NCBI RefSeq assembly: GCF_001194135.2
Contig: NC_068988.1
Location: forward strand, 38,738,649 to 38,802,648
Length of the DNA stretch: 64,000 nt
Source of the DNA: Octopus bimaculoides
Lineage: Eukaryota
Reading direction: 5' to 3'
Notes under the pieces: generated by a model
What the model was told of the DNA's origin: nothing
Seen by the model: the letters and a program-made list of their open reading frames with translations, nothing else
The model's database searches: none
Translations under genes and position numbers: made by a program
In this document: piece after piece, positions 12,203 through 24,430 of the stretch
Layout of the letters: every line of letters starts with the position of its first letter
Position numbering within the stretch: position 1 is the stretch's first letter

Positions 12203-12867
12203 AGCAAAAGCAACAACAAAATGTTTAGTATCGATTTTTAACAAGAATAAACACAATAATTCAACATCCTAAAAATTGAAAGAGAACGTACTCTTGCTGT
12301 AGATGTAATATACATAATCACCGTCATCATCATCATCAGCATCATCATCGTCATTGTCACCATCATCATCATCATCATCATTGTCACCATCATCATCATC
12401 ATCGCTGTCATCATCATCTTCGTCACCATCATTATCTTTGTCACCATCATCATTGTCATCATCATCGTCATCATCACCACCACCATCATCATCATCAGCA
12501 TCATCATCAGTCACCATTACCTATTACTACTACTAACCACCACCACCACCACCGCCACCACCACAACCACCACCACCACAACCACCACCGCCGTCACTGT
12601 CGCTGGCAGTTGTAACAGCAACTGCTACCACTAACACAACCTCCGTGACATCACGGTGACTACAACAACTGCAACAGTTACAATACAACTGAGAAGTCTG
12701 GTGTATGAGATAGAACAGACGACTGCAACGGTGACAACACTTCCCTACTGTTAATGCTGCTGTTGCTACTCCTGCTACCACCACCACCACCACTACCACC
12801 ACCACCATCACCACCACCACCACTACTAATGCTGCTGCTACTACTACTACTACTACTACTGCTACTG

Positions 12868-12907
<40 letters not shown>

Positions 12908-13020
12908 CATTACTACTACTGCTGCAAATACCATCACAACTGCCACCACTACCAGACTGCTTTTGTTACTATTGTCTCATCGTTGTCAATCGTTGTTGTC
13001 ATCATCATCAGCATCTGTAG
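11905..13020. repeat. About 1.1-kb compound trinucleotide array (CAT, AAC, CAC, TAC, TGC)
   Basis: Successive blocks of related triplets; source of poly-L/D/V/P/G ORFs. Confidence 0.95.
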
Positions 13021-13544
13021 CAACAATAGGTGACTTGCCATCAATATTGAATGGGCAGAATTATGGTGAATGGGGCGGGGAAGGATGAGGGAATACTCAT
13101 ACAAGTGTGTGTGTGTGTGTGTTGGTGGGTGTAGTGTTCAGTTGTTCTCCCAGTTCACAGCTGTTGGTATAAAACTGATATATCACATGACATCTATTTG
13201 TCCTGATGATACACTTTTAGACTGGAGGGTGGTGGGGAAGAGGGGATGAGGATGAGGAGGAGAATGAAGAGGAACGTTGTGATGTCATGATTGACTTTGT
13301 GAGTTTGAAGAATAGAGATAGACAGATAGAGAGAGAGAGGAAGAAAATGTGAGGGAGATCTAGTATGTTCTAAATTGAAAGATACACACACACACGCACA
13401 TACACACACACACACACACACATGCACACACATTGTGACATATTGATGTGAAGATTTGATAGGTAGTTAGGGGTTTAGCGCAGTAGTAATTAGAAGTAAG
13501 AACAACCATAAAATAAATTCCTAAAAATGCTTAGAATGTTCTGT

Positions 13545-14170
13545 AGAATTTAGTTGAGAGCTTTCGTTACCTAGGTGACCGAATTAGCAGTGGTTGAGAG
13601 TTCCATAAAGCATAGCAGTTTCCAGATTAAGAACAGGGTGGATAAATTTCAGGAAGCTGCTACCTCAGCTGACAACATGGTGATTCTCTCACCGAGTAAA
13701 GGGTAGAATGTTTGATGCTTGTAGCAAAGGGCCATGCAGTATGAGGGCAAAATATGGGGGTATTGAATATAGAGGATGTGGAAAGGATGGAAAGGAATTG
13801 GTAAGGAATTGGTAAGTACTGGGTGTGTAATGTGAATGTGTCTGAGTTGCAGAGCACAAATGAGCTGAGAAGAAAATTGGGTTTGAGAGGAATCAGCTAT
13901 GGTGTGCAAGAGAAAAAGACCTGTATTGGCACTATGGTACTGCTATGTGGTGTGTGCAGAGGAAGACAGATTGCAAAGAAGGGTCAAAGGATCCAAATTG
14001 AAGCTACATGTGAAAGAGAAAGACGCGGAAAGACATGGAAAGAAGTGATGAAGGTTAATCTGAAGTGACTGAACCTGACCCACAGGAAGGTGACGAGAAA
14101 AGGATATAAGTAGCATGACACAGTGGTATAACAAAACTTGTCCAACCCATGCAGTCCATGATGATAATGA
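13545..14170 (+). pseudogene. RTE-clade LINE, 3' reverse transcriptase fragment
   Basis: VESFRYLGDRISSG, RLRTGWINFRKLLP, RVKGRMFDAC, MCNVNVSELQSTNELRRKLGLRGI, GKTWKEVMKVNL; frameshifted; ends in a (gat)-like tail. Confidence 0.85.
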
Positions 14171-14458
14171 TGTTGGAGGAAATAGATAAATAGATAGGAC
14201 ATTGATTTAAATAGAAATTATATTGAATTAGAGAGCTGTTTGTTGATGTAGATAGATAATGATTTTATATAATTAGATAGACACCCTTGCTTTGCCAACC
14301 ATTTTAGCAAATCTATCCTCACTAGAATGCCAGCCCTCTTGGACACCTTCCCCCTCCATGTTTTTTTTTTTGTGTTGTTGTTGTTGCAGTTGTTGTTGTG
14401 GTTGTTACAGCAGCTGCTGCAGGCTTTAAGTTGCAGATAGTTGTGTACTCTGAACATA

Positions 14459-15353
14459 CGTGGTCTGATCAATAAGTATCCGGACTGTTGCCATAGTAAT
14501 GAAGCTAAAGCACGCAAAGTGAAGCCACTTGGCACAGATTGATCTTGAACTCTGCTGTGCATGTGCACTAAGCTTTAATGTTTTAGCTCACTTCCTCTGT
14601 TTACAGCAGTGCTTGGAAGGAAGTTGTGTAGCGTGTAATCATTGCATTGACGATGTCAGAAAAAGTTGAGTGGAGGATCTGCATCAAATTTTCCCAAAAG
14701 CTTGGCAATACCCGCTCAGAGACCTACGCAAAATTATCAAAAAATTTCCATCGTTTTCGACACAATCAAGGAGATCTTGTATAACAGAAACATGAGTGTC
14801 TGTTTGGTCAGCTGAAAGCAGTTTTGGCACAAACTTGGCAGACACACGTCTCATAGCCAAATCCTCAGTGATAATGGACTGAACTGAACTATAACTAATC
14901 TGCACATCCTCTGATCACTCATGTATGGTGATTTGATGATTTCTCCTCACAGCTGCATGTATATCTGTAATGTTTTACTCAGTTCTGCTGGTTGCGGGTC
15001 TCCTAGAACGCTCGTCAATATCGATATTTTTTTGGCCATCTTGGAAACGTCTGAACCACTCATACACTTGTGTGCGACTCTTACACTCCTCTCCATACAC
15101 TTTCTGCAACTTTGCATAAGCCTCTGAGCAGGTATTGCCATGACAACTTTTTCTGTCATGGTCAATGTGACAATCACGCACTACACACCTTCCTTCCAAG
15201 TACAGCTGTAAACAGCAGAAGTGAGCTAGAACGTTAAAACTTAGCGTGCATGCACAGCAGAGTTCAAGGTCAATCTTTGCCAAGCAGCTTCACACTGCGC
15301 GCTTCAGCTTTGTTACTATGGCAACAGTCCAGATACTTATCGATCAGCTCTTG
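14459..15353. mobile_element. Fold-back mariner derivative with two 5' ends
   Basis: TA-flanked TIRs (gatcaataagtatccggactgttgccatag / reverse copy at 15316-15353). Minus strand encodes transposase N-terminus (EAYAKLQKVYGEECKSRTQVYEWFRRF ... RRVSAKFVPKLLSADQ ... ENDGNF). Plus strand 14459-14735 is a second copy of TIR, 5' UTR and MSEKVEWRICIKF. Confidence 0.85.
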
Positions 15354-15485
15354 TACACATCTAGCACACCAGACTCAGAAGGGCCCATGAAGGTGAAGAA
15401 TGATGCAAACAGACATGTTGTCTGGACTATGTCTTAAGTGAAGCAACCTATCTGTGTGTGTATGTGTGTGTGTTTAGATAGATAG

Positions 15486-15625
15486 ATCATCATCATCATC
15501 ATCATCATTCAACATCTGTTTTCCATGCTGGCATGGGTTGGATGGTTTGATAGGAGCTGACCAGCTGAAGAGCTGGTTGGGCTCCATCTGTTTTGGCATG
15601 GTTTCTACAGCTGGATGCATTTCCT
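15486..15625 (-). mobile_element. RTE tail (family D)
   Basis: (CAT)n, ttttccatgctggcatgggttggatgg ... ttctacagctggatgc. Confidence 0.75.
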
Positions 15626-16883
15626 ATAATCAAGAAGACCGATAGATATATGTGGAAATAGGAAAAATATTAATTCAGTACAAGATATTTTTCCTTATTC
15701 CCCATCTCATAGAATGACAAAGGAATGAACAGGAGAAAAGAATAATCCCACTCTTTTGTCTCAGAAAGAGAGAAAACATACATTTAAATAATGTACTCCA
15801 AGGTAACACCTAAAAGTATGGAGTGACCATTGTTGTAATGTGTTTGAACCATATTGCAGCTTAATTAGAACTGACCTGATGCTGAACAAGAACAACAGTA
15901 TAGAGTTTCTCAGCACTACGATCACCACGACCATGGCAACAACGACGACCACCACTACCACTAATTTGCTGAGGGCTCTCAGACATGAGTTTGCATTTAG
16001 GGATATTACTTATCCTTCTCCATTATGACCTTGGCCATGTGGGCTATAGCCTGAGCTAAAGAACAGAGCCAGAAGATGAAAATTTTGTGAAATTCATTAA
16101 TTTCTTGAAATTATTCAATTTTTTTCTTTGAAGGGCTCTAACAATTACAGTCAATCTTTTGCTTTCTTTCTCCAATAAAAAGGCACAATTCATTTTTTTA
16201 TTATTGTTTTTTGTTTTTGCATAAAACATTCAGTATGTTCCCATCTATCTGAACTATTGAAATTCTTGCCATTGGCCCTTTTCAGTTATTTCCCTTAGCT
16301 CACATATTGTAATTATGCAAGTTATACTGGCTAAAAGAATATTCATTACTTTTCTTTTTCCCATTTCTAAAAAGTTTGTACCCAAAGATTAAACTAGGCT
16401 TAAGAAAGATTATGCTTCACTAATAAGGTCTAATAAGGCAGAAACATGTTTTGCTGTTATCTTTCCTGTTAACAAAGATCAGGTTTGTCCTCTCATACAT
16501 AAAAATTCAATTCTCAGTGAAATTAATTCTTACTTTCATGAAATTATCTCCCCTTTTCTTGGAGGGTTGTTAACAATCGTTGTTCGCTTTTAGTTTTCTT
16601 ACTCCACTAAGAGGTGAATTTCGTTTCTATTATAAAGTATGTGCATCCATCATTCAGTATGTTATCACCCACCTGAATCGTCTAGTCATGCCATTAACTT
16701 ACTTCAGTTATCTTCCTTTGCTCACATTTTATAATTAAAGAACCAAAGAACATGACACATTCCTCAAAAGAGACAAAAATCTCCATGAGTGACCTTATAG
16801 GTTTTGGAGAAGAAATAGTTCTCTCTCTCTCTCTTTCTTTCTTTCTCTCTCTCTCTCACTTTCTCTCTCCCTCCCTCTTTTTC

Positions 16884-16925
<42 letters not shown>

Positions 16926-17076
16926 CCTTTCCCTTTCCAACAAATCCTCTTTCTGTACTACTTAAGTGAATGAGATGTTTTCTGGTGTTTAGTATTGACT
17001 GCTTATAGTAGCTATAAGAGTGGTGGTGGCGGTGGTGACAGTAGTGATGGTGGTTTATAGAGTATATTTTAGCAGC

Positions 17077-17202
17077 ATACATACATACATACATACATAC
17101 ATACATACATACATACATACATACATACATACATACATACATACATACATACATACATACATACAAACAAACAAACAAACAAACAAACAAACAAACAAAC
17201 AA
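17077..17202. repeat. (CATA)n-(CAAA)n compound tetranucleotide repeat
   Basis: Perfect arrays, directly visible. Confidence 0.98.
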
Positions 17203-17486
17203 AGTGCTTTACTGTAGTTATTAGTTGTTACTAATGGTACAATAATATATGAAGGAAAAAGCTGGTCATTTCCTAATAGAAGCCATTAGTGGATGGTTAC
17301 AATTTCTGGAAATTTGCCTCAGAGCCTGCTCCATTAGAAAAGCGGAATGGGTGATAGATATACACACAAGCACCTCCCCACCATACACACACATTCATGC
17401 ACACATACTTGTAAATAAACACATGCATCCATATAAATATACATTCATTAGGTACATACCTTTAATATGCATATATATATGCATAT

Positions 17487-17832
17487 GGTGAAGGTGCATG
17501 GCTTGGTGGTTAGAGCTTTGGACTCACAATCATGAGGTAGAGAGTTTGATTCCCAGACCAGTCTGTGTGCTGTGTTCTTGAGCAAGACACTTTGTTTCAC
17601 ATTGCTCCAGTTCACTCAGCTGTAGAAATGAGCTGTGATGTCACTGGTGCCAAGCTCTCTCGGCCTTTTGCCTTTCCCTTGAATAACATCGGTGGCATGG
17701 AGAGGGGAGGCTGGTATGCATGAGGGACGACTGGTCTTCTATAAACAGCTTTGCCCAGACTTGTACCTTGGAGGGTAATTTTCTAGGTGCAATCCCATAG
17801 TCATTCATGACCAAAGTGGTTCTTTACCCTTT
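17487..17832 (+). mobile_element. SINE family C (tail type 1)
   Basis: ggtgaaggtgcatggcttggtggttag head, CORE and tail closely similar to 10099 and 38257. Confidence 0.85.
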
Positions 17833-18004
17833 TTTCATATGTATTCAAATGACACCTACTGAATAGTAGAGAAAGAAATGTGTACATCATATATGTGCAA
17901 TAAAAAAAATGACAACTTGAGAATAAGTGTAAAACTCCTGAATAACTAATCCAAGTATACACCTGTTCCATGTAACCCAAAGGTAACTGAACTTGCCCAC
18001 TTAA

Positions 18005-18209
18005 ACTCTTTGATACCAACCTGCACGAGACTGTCCCTGGTTCTATGATATAAACTTTTGGTTTAAAGTGATCATTAATTAAAAAAACAGTCTGTCAAAT
18101 TTCATGCTAATTTATGTTTCAAACACCAGCTTAATAATGGAAGGTATAGATACTTAATTCCTCTTTATTTCAAACTAATTGCAACAAAACAAATATGGTA
18201 ACAAAAGGG
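18005..18209. mobile_element. piggyBac-type MITE (family P2)
   Basis: ttaa|actctttgatacc ... acaaaaggg|tata; inverted homologue at 46502-46953. Confidence 0.6.
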
Positions 18210-18214
18210 TATAA

Positions 18215-18950
18215 CAGAAATTTTGGTGGGAAATGGTGAGCAGAAAGATATGCAGAGATACATACCATGCAATTTATAGGGTACCAACAGCAGTGACAGG
18301 CAGGAGAGCTTCGCTTGGACTTGTAATAAATTTACCCCATTTCACCTTGAAGGATACATCTTCACTATTCAGGAACAGGAGATAGTAATTCAATACCTGA
18401 TCAGTAATGGAGATAAGGATGCCTCCAAATTCACAATGTAATAAAAGAATGTCAATTGTGCCACACAGTTGTAGAGAAATGTCAGGAAAATACTACCTTC
18501 TCAGCAAATGTGACATTGTTCAAAAAATTCTTTGTACTTTATAATACCAGCTGCTGGAAGAATTCTCCTAATGGTTACTCAAAAGGCACGCTTGAACAAG
18601 AATGTATCTACAGCTTTGAAAAATAAGGAACACTAGTGGAGTACTCCAATAAAACAGTAAACTCAAGCAAACATGATAGATGTGATATTGTTTTATGGGA
18701 TAGGGAATAAAATCCATTCATCTACCTGGTTTGTTTGAAAGTGTTGGAAAAGGTGTTGGTAAAAAGAGAACTAAAGTAGAAATTACAGATCATATTTCCA
18801 TATTGATAAACATCGATGCATTTGGATGTTCTAGAAAATCTAGGGATTTCTGGTGTAGAAAGTGAACAGCTTACACGCACTTTACAAATACAATCTGAAA
18901 GTGGAATGGTAAAAATATGCAAGATTTTACTCATCTTCAATATGTAATAC
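18215..18950 (+). pseudogene. R4/Dong-like non-LTR retrotransposon, zinc-knuckle and REL endonuclease fragment
   Basis: FAWTCNKFTPFHLEGYIFTIQEQEI, CQLCHTVVE, MSGKYYL..DIVQKIL, KHDRCDIVLWDRE (decayed RPD motif), SGMVKICKILLIF*; multiple stops and shifts. Confidence 0.7.
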
Positions 18951-19170
18951 CTATCACTGCTGTTAGCCAAATTCTGATGATGAGGCTGTGATATATTTTG
19001 TTTGAAAGCAAGTCCTTTCTTGTAGGTTGAGTTCAAATAATTAAAAATGGAACAAACATACATATATACATATACAGAAGCATGTACATACATGGTTGCA
19101 AACATTCATATGCTCATGCCAACATACATTCACACACACACACACACACACACATGTTCATATACATATA

Positions 19171-19618
19171 CAGGGTACAGTGAATAAACTGTCTAAATTA
19201 CACAAAAATGAAAATAACACTGACATCTCATTTTAACAGATATTTTACCAATATTACACAAAAATATCTTGAAATACTAAAGAGTAAATTTATTCAATAA
19301 AATTGCCATTGGTTTCAACCACGGTCTCCAGACAACTTTGGAATCTCCTGCAACTCTTCTGGATGGTCTCCTTGTTCAAGTTGGTGAATGCTGCCATAAT
19401 CCTTGCCTTCAGTTCATCTTTAGTGTTACAAGGAGTTTTGTTGGTCTCTTGCTCAACTGCACACCACATGTAATAATCAAGGAAGTTGCAGTCTGGACAG
19501 TTAGGTGATCGGGTGTTAGGAATGATGTGGTTTCAGAAATTGTCTAATAGTCATGAATGGCTTCTCCTGCTTGTGTGGCATGGTGCAGAGTCCTTTTGTG
19601 CTAGATATAGGGTTTTCC
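19171..19618 (-). mobile_element. maT/DD37D-like Tc1-mariner transposon, 3' half
   Basis: DSAPCHTSRR, PDCNFLDYYMWCAVEQETNKTPCNTKDELKARIMAAFTNLNKETIQKSCRRFQSCLETVVETNGNFIE*; ends in TA-flanked cagggt TIR at 19171. Confidence 0.85.
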
Positions 19619-19866
19619 TGTGTCCTTGAGCAAGACACTTTATTTCACATTGCTCTTGTTCACTCAGCTGGCAAAAATGAGTAGTATCAGTATTTCAAAG
19701 GGCCAGACTTGTCACATTCTTTGTCATACTAAATCTCCCTGAGAACTACATTAAGGGTACACGTATCTGTGGAATGCTCAGCCACTTGCATGATAATTTC
19801 ACGAGCTGGCTGTTCTGTTGATTAGATCAACTAGAACCCTTGTCGTTGTAACCAATAGAGTGCCAT
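19619..19866 (+). mobile_element. SINE family C (tail type 2), headless
   Basis: Starts at the CORE tgtgtccttgagcaagacac and ends gagtgcca then (CATA)n; homologue at 29715-30035. Confidence 0.8.
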
Positions 19867-19909
19867 ACATACATACATACATACATACATACATACATGC
19901 ACACACACA

Positions 19910-19976
<67 letters not shown>

Positions 19977-20654
19977 TTTATATAAATAAGGATAAGATCG
20001 ATATTTAAAATATTGATTTTATCAAGTGGCCAGCATGGGAATAAAAACCATCAAAGGTAACAATTATTTAAAATTATAATATAGGGTATCTAAGAGATAC
20101 CGCCACGCTGAAAAATAGCAGTCAAATCTTGACTCTAAATCACAATAAATGTACACATGTAAACATGTACTTTGAGAATACATTGTCAGTAAAATACACA
20201 CACACACACACACGCACACACACACATGTTGATGTTCATTTTTAACATGTAGGTTGCAGTTGAAAGGCTTCTGGTCTTAATGTTGTTATAAATGATGTAG
20301 GAACTCTTTGTGTATATGTGGTCATTAAATCAATTGACCATTTATTGACTTTATCCATCACAGAGTTTTCTGGTTTGAAGGCTTTCCTCAGACTGGCTGT
20401 TATTGAATTTCAGAGAAACAAGAATTCCATGCTTTTGATGTGGAATTCTTGGTCCTCTGTTGCAAATTCTTGTTACTTTTTTTACACTCAGCTGTGATGT
20501 CACTCTGTTATCCACATTCTTTTGGTCTTTTAGTCTGTCACTCTCTCACTGTTTCCTGTTTCATGCTGTTGTCATAGTATTCTGCTGCTATTCCATGCTG
20601 TTGCTATTGCAAACTGTTGCCACTGCACTCTGCTTGGTAAATGACAGTTGGTAG

Positions 20655-20726
20655 GTCTCCTTGGTGTAGTGGTATCATAGTCATCCGGTATATAGCAGAT
20701 GTATGGTTCAATTCCTGTTGGAATTG
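20655..20726 (+). pseudogene. Degenerate tRNA-like sequence (Val-like 5' end), not a functional tRNA
   Basis: gtctccttggtgtagtggtatca (A box, close to the GTTTCCGTAGTGTAGTGGTTATCA start of tRNA-Val) and ggttcaattcc (B box) at tRNA spacing; stems do not pair well. Confidence 0.4.
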
Positions 20727-20945
20727 AACCATATTCTTTTCTTCTATCTAAAGGATATTTTCACCTGTTATACCTCTGAGCTATCAATTATGGCTTCATT
20801 TACATTTGAACAACTTCTTTGAAGACTTATTCAATAGGTGAGGTTAGTAGTTTGAAAAACTATAATTATAAAGAACTATGTGTTGTTTATTATTTCTTTC
20901 TGCAATAGCTGGCCTCATTTCTCCTCCTCCTCCTCCTCCTCCTCC

Positions 20946-21267
20946 NNNNNNNNNNNNNNNNNNNNNNNNNNNNNNNNNNNNNNNNNNNNNNNNNNNNNNN
21001 NNNNNNNNNNNNNNNNNNNNNNNNNNNNNNNNNNNNNNNNNNNNNNNNNNNNNNNNNNNNNNNNNNNNNNNNNNNNNNNNNNNNNNNNNNNNNNNNNNNN
21101 NNNNNNNNNNNNNNNNNNNNNNNNNNNNNNNNNNNNNNNNNNNNNNNNNNNNNNNNNNNNNNNNNNNNNNNNNNNNNNNNNNNNNNNNNNNNNNNNNNNN
21201 NNNNNNNNNNNNNNNNNNNNNNNNNNNNNNNNNNNNNNNNNNNNNNNNNNNNNNNNNNNNNNNNNNN
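20946..21267. other. Assembly gap
   Basis: N run flanked by (CCT)n. Confidence 1.
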
Positions 21268-22137
21268 CTCCTCCTCCTCCTCCTCCTCCTCCTCCAGTAG
21301 GTGTAGTTGTCTCAGTAGAAATTACACCTGTCTCAGATATTGTTCTTGTGGCTACCCTAATAGAAATCGTCGTTGTTACTCAACAGCGGCTCAGTGTCGT
21401 TAATTAATTCAGTTTCAAGAAACAGAACGGCTTCAACTCAAATTAATTTGAGCTTCGAAACTTCTGGAGAGAGCTTAGCTAAGAGGACTGTTTCTTGAGC
21501 AACTTTGGTTCAGTAATTTTCATTCAATTCAGAAGACACTTTCACATTGAAAACACCCTCCCCCTCTACTGGAAGTGATATCCACCAGAGAAAGTAATAT
21601 TGTTAATGGGTGTGTATCTCTCTTTCCAAGTTCATCTTAGAACTTTTGTTTTCTATATATATATATTTTTAGCTAATGTACCTAACTAAATGAAAATCAA
21701 GCTAAAATAGAAATTCCTGTTTTACTTAAATACACCTGCTATTGATTTATTTATTGCATCATCTAACGTTTTATATTTTTATTTAAGTTATATAACTTGT
21801 ATATTTATTTATTTATTGTGAAGTCATAAATTGGCATTTTATTCAGACGTTCGAATATTTTCTTTTTGGCTCATGTCAAAATTATTCACAACTGTTTTGG
21901 TGCTACAAATAAATCTTCTAAATACAGTATTTCCTTTCCAATTCCATCCCCATTACCTTTCAATTTTTTTCCTTCTTCCTCTTTCCTTCTTTCTCCCCAC
22001 TACAGTCACATACAGATGCATGCACACAGACACATGTTCTGTATGTGTGTATGTAAACATGCGAGTTTGTGCATATGATTTGTATGTATGTATGTATGTA
22101 TGTATATGTGTGTTGTTTTACTTGTACACACACACAC

Positions 22138-22400
22138 AGTAGTGCACTCATGATTGCTAGATAATGATTTTGATTCCCAGACTGGCAGTGTGTTGTACTC
22201 TTGAGTAAAACTCTTATTTCATGTTCCTCCAGTCCACTCAGCTGTAAATAGGAAACTCTGTGACAGACTGGCGTTCTCTTCAGGGGGACATGTTGGCCTG
22301 CCCTCCTACTCACCAGGGTGGCATCATCTGAAAGCTTCAACAAAGCAAGGAAACACATTGTGACAGGTTGTATAGCAATGTCCAGTAGTCTGGTTGATAC
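22138..22400 (+). mobile_element. SINE family C variant, degraded
   Basis: ttgattcccagactgg B-box, tgttgtactcttgagtaaaac CORE, ccagtccactcagctg body. Confidence 0.65.
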
Positions 22401-22456
22401 CATGATGGTCTTTTATTCTTTGATTTGTTTCAGTCATTTAACTGCGGCCATGCTGG

Positions 22457-22927
22457 NNNNNNNNNNNNNNNNNNNNNNNNNNNNNNNNNNNNNNNNNNNN
22501 NNNNNNNNNNNNNNNNNNNNNNNNNNNNNNNNNNNNNNNNNNNNNNNNNNNNNNNNNNNNNNNNNNNNNNNNNNNNNNNNNNNNNNNNNNNNNNNNNNNN
22601 NNNNNNNNNNNNNNNNNNNNNNNNNNNNNNNNNNNNNNNNNNNNNNNNNNNNNNNNNNNNNNNNNNNNNNNNNNNNNNNNNNNNNNNNNNNNNNNNNNNN
22701 NNNNNNNNNNNNNNNNNNNNNNNNNNNNNNNNNNNNNNNNNNNNNNNNNNNNNNNNNNNNNNNNNNNNNNNNNNNNNNNNNNNNNNNNNNNNNNNNNNNN
22801 NNNNNNNNNNNNNNNNNNNNNNNNNNNNNNNNNNNNNNNNNNNNNNNNNNNNNNNNNNNNNNNNNNNNNNNNNNNNNNNNNNNNNNNNNNNNNNNNNNNN
22901 NNNNNNNNNNNNNNNNNNNNNNNNNNN
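22457..22927. other. Assembly gap
   Basis: N run between a family A tail and (TA)n. Confidence 1.
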
Positions 22928-22964
<37 letters not shown>

Positions 22965-22966
<2 letters not shown>

Positions 22967-23265
22967 TCATTATCATCATCGTTTTATGCCCGCTTTCCAT
23001 GCTGGCATGGGTTGGATGGTTTGACTGAGGACTGGTGAGCCAGATGCTGCACCAGGCTTGATCTGATCTGGCTAAGTTTCTACAGTTGGATGCCCTTCCT
23101 AATGCCAACCACTCCAAGAGTGTAATGGATGTTTTACGTGCCACCGGCATGAGGGCTAGTCAAGCAGAACTGGCAACGACTACGCTCAAAAGGTGTTTTT
23201 ACGTGCTACCTGCACGGGAGCCAGTCCGGTGGCACTGGCAATGACCACGCTTGAATGGTGCTTTT
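22965..23265 (-). mobile_element. RTE tail (family D) with sub-repeats
   Basis: Reverse homologue of 3100-3393. Confidence 0.8.
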
Positions 23266-23314
23266 CACACACACAAATATATATACACATACATACACAC
23301 ACATGTACATGCAA

Positions 23315-23347
<33 letters not shown>

Positions 23348-23556
23348 CATTTGATGGAATCTCCTGTTGAAGATGATATATGAGTGTTCAGTATTTGGTG
23401 AATGACCTGTACAAATGATTTGTATATAGCGATGCAATGCATGTATCAAATTAACATTGCCTGAACAGGTGCACAGTGTACAACATGTCAGGTATCAGAG
23501 TGATTGTAGAGGAATGTGAGATGAAGTGTTTTGCTCCAGAACACAACAATCCACCC

Positions 23557-24054
23557 AAGTGTCTGGAGGGGGCAGTGCTGCCCTGGGTCAAAAGGGTGGC
23601 TGCTGGAAAACCCTATATCTAGCACAAAAGGACTCTGCACCATGCTACACAAGCAGGAGAACCCAGTCATGACTATTTAGACAATTTCTGAAACCACATC
23701 ACCCCTAACATCTGGCCACCTAACTCCCCACCAGACTGGAACAGCCTTGATTATTATGTGTGGAGTGCAGTTAAGCAAGAGACCAACAAAACTCCTTGTA
23801 ACACCAAAGATGAACTGAAGGCAAAGATTAAAGCAGCATTCAATAACTTAAACAAGGAGACCATCCAGAAGAGTTGCAAGAGATTCCAAAGTTGTCTGGA
23901 GACCGTGGTTGAAACCAATGACAATTTTATTGAATAAGTTTACTCTTTAGTATTTCAAGATATTTTTATGTAATTTTGCTCAGTATATCTATTAAAATGA
24001 GATGTTAGTATTATTTTCACTTTTGTGTAATTTAGATCGCAATATATTCACTAC

Positions 24055-24057
<3 letters not shown>
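23557..24057 (+). mobile_element. maT/DD37D-like Tc1-mariner transposon, 3' half
   Basis: LPWVKRVAAGKPYI, DSAP, NIWPPNSP, LDYYVWSAVKQETNKTPCNTKDELKAKI ... NFIE*; TIR ends acaccc then (TA)n. Confidence 0.85.
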
Positions 24058-24091
<34 letters not shown>

Positions 24092-24430
24092 TTGCAAGAA
24101 TGGCTGTGTGGTTAAGAAGCTCATTTTGCAACCACAACAGGATTTACAGTTCAATCTCATTGCATGTCTCCTTGTGAGTGAATTTTGTAGATTGGAACTC
24201 TATGGAAGCCTACTGCATGTGTGTGTGTGAAAGTGCATGGCCTTATGGATAGGGAATTGCGCTCACCATTGTAAGATGATGGTTTTGATTTCTGGACTGG
24301 ACGGTGCATTGTGTACTTGTGTAAATACTTCATTTCACATTGCACATTTGAAGGCAATTTCGCTGCTAATTCTAGCTGGGCAAATGACCACAAGAAGCTT
24401 CCTATGTTATTGTTGTTTACTCCCAAGTCA

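Noticed and set aside
11896-13020. Poly-L/D/M/V/P/G ORFs
   Set aside because: Translations of trinucleotide arrays on both strands, with no splice or domain support.
15713-15802. Plus-strand 90-nt coding exon with good splice sites
   Set aside because: Stops in all three frames; could only be non-coding, and there is no other support.
21268-21410. Thr/Gly-rich or Pro-rich coding exon next to the (CCT)n gap
   Set aside because: No credible acceptor, in-frame stop just upstream, and composition fits a decayed simple repeat.
22312-22330. 14-nt minus-strand microexon (ctttcag|ATGATGCCACCCTG|gtgagt)
   Set aside because: Lies in the tail of a family C SINE; the signals are best explained as repeat sequence.
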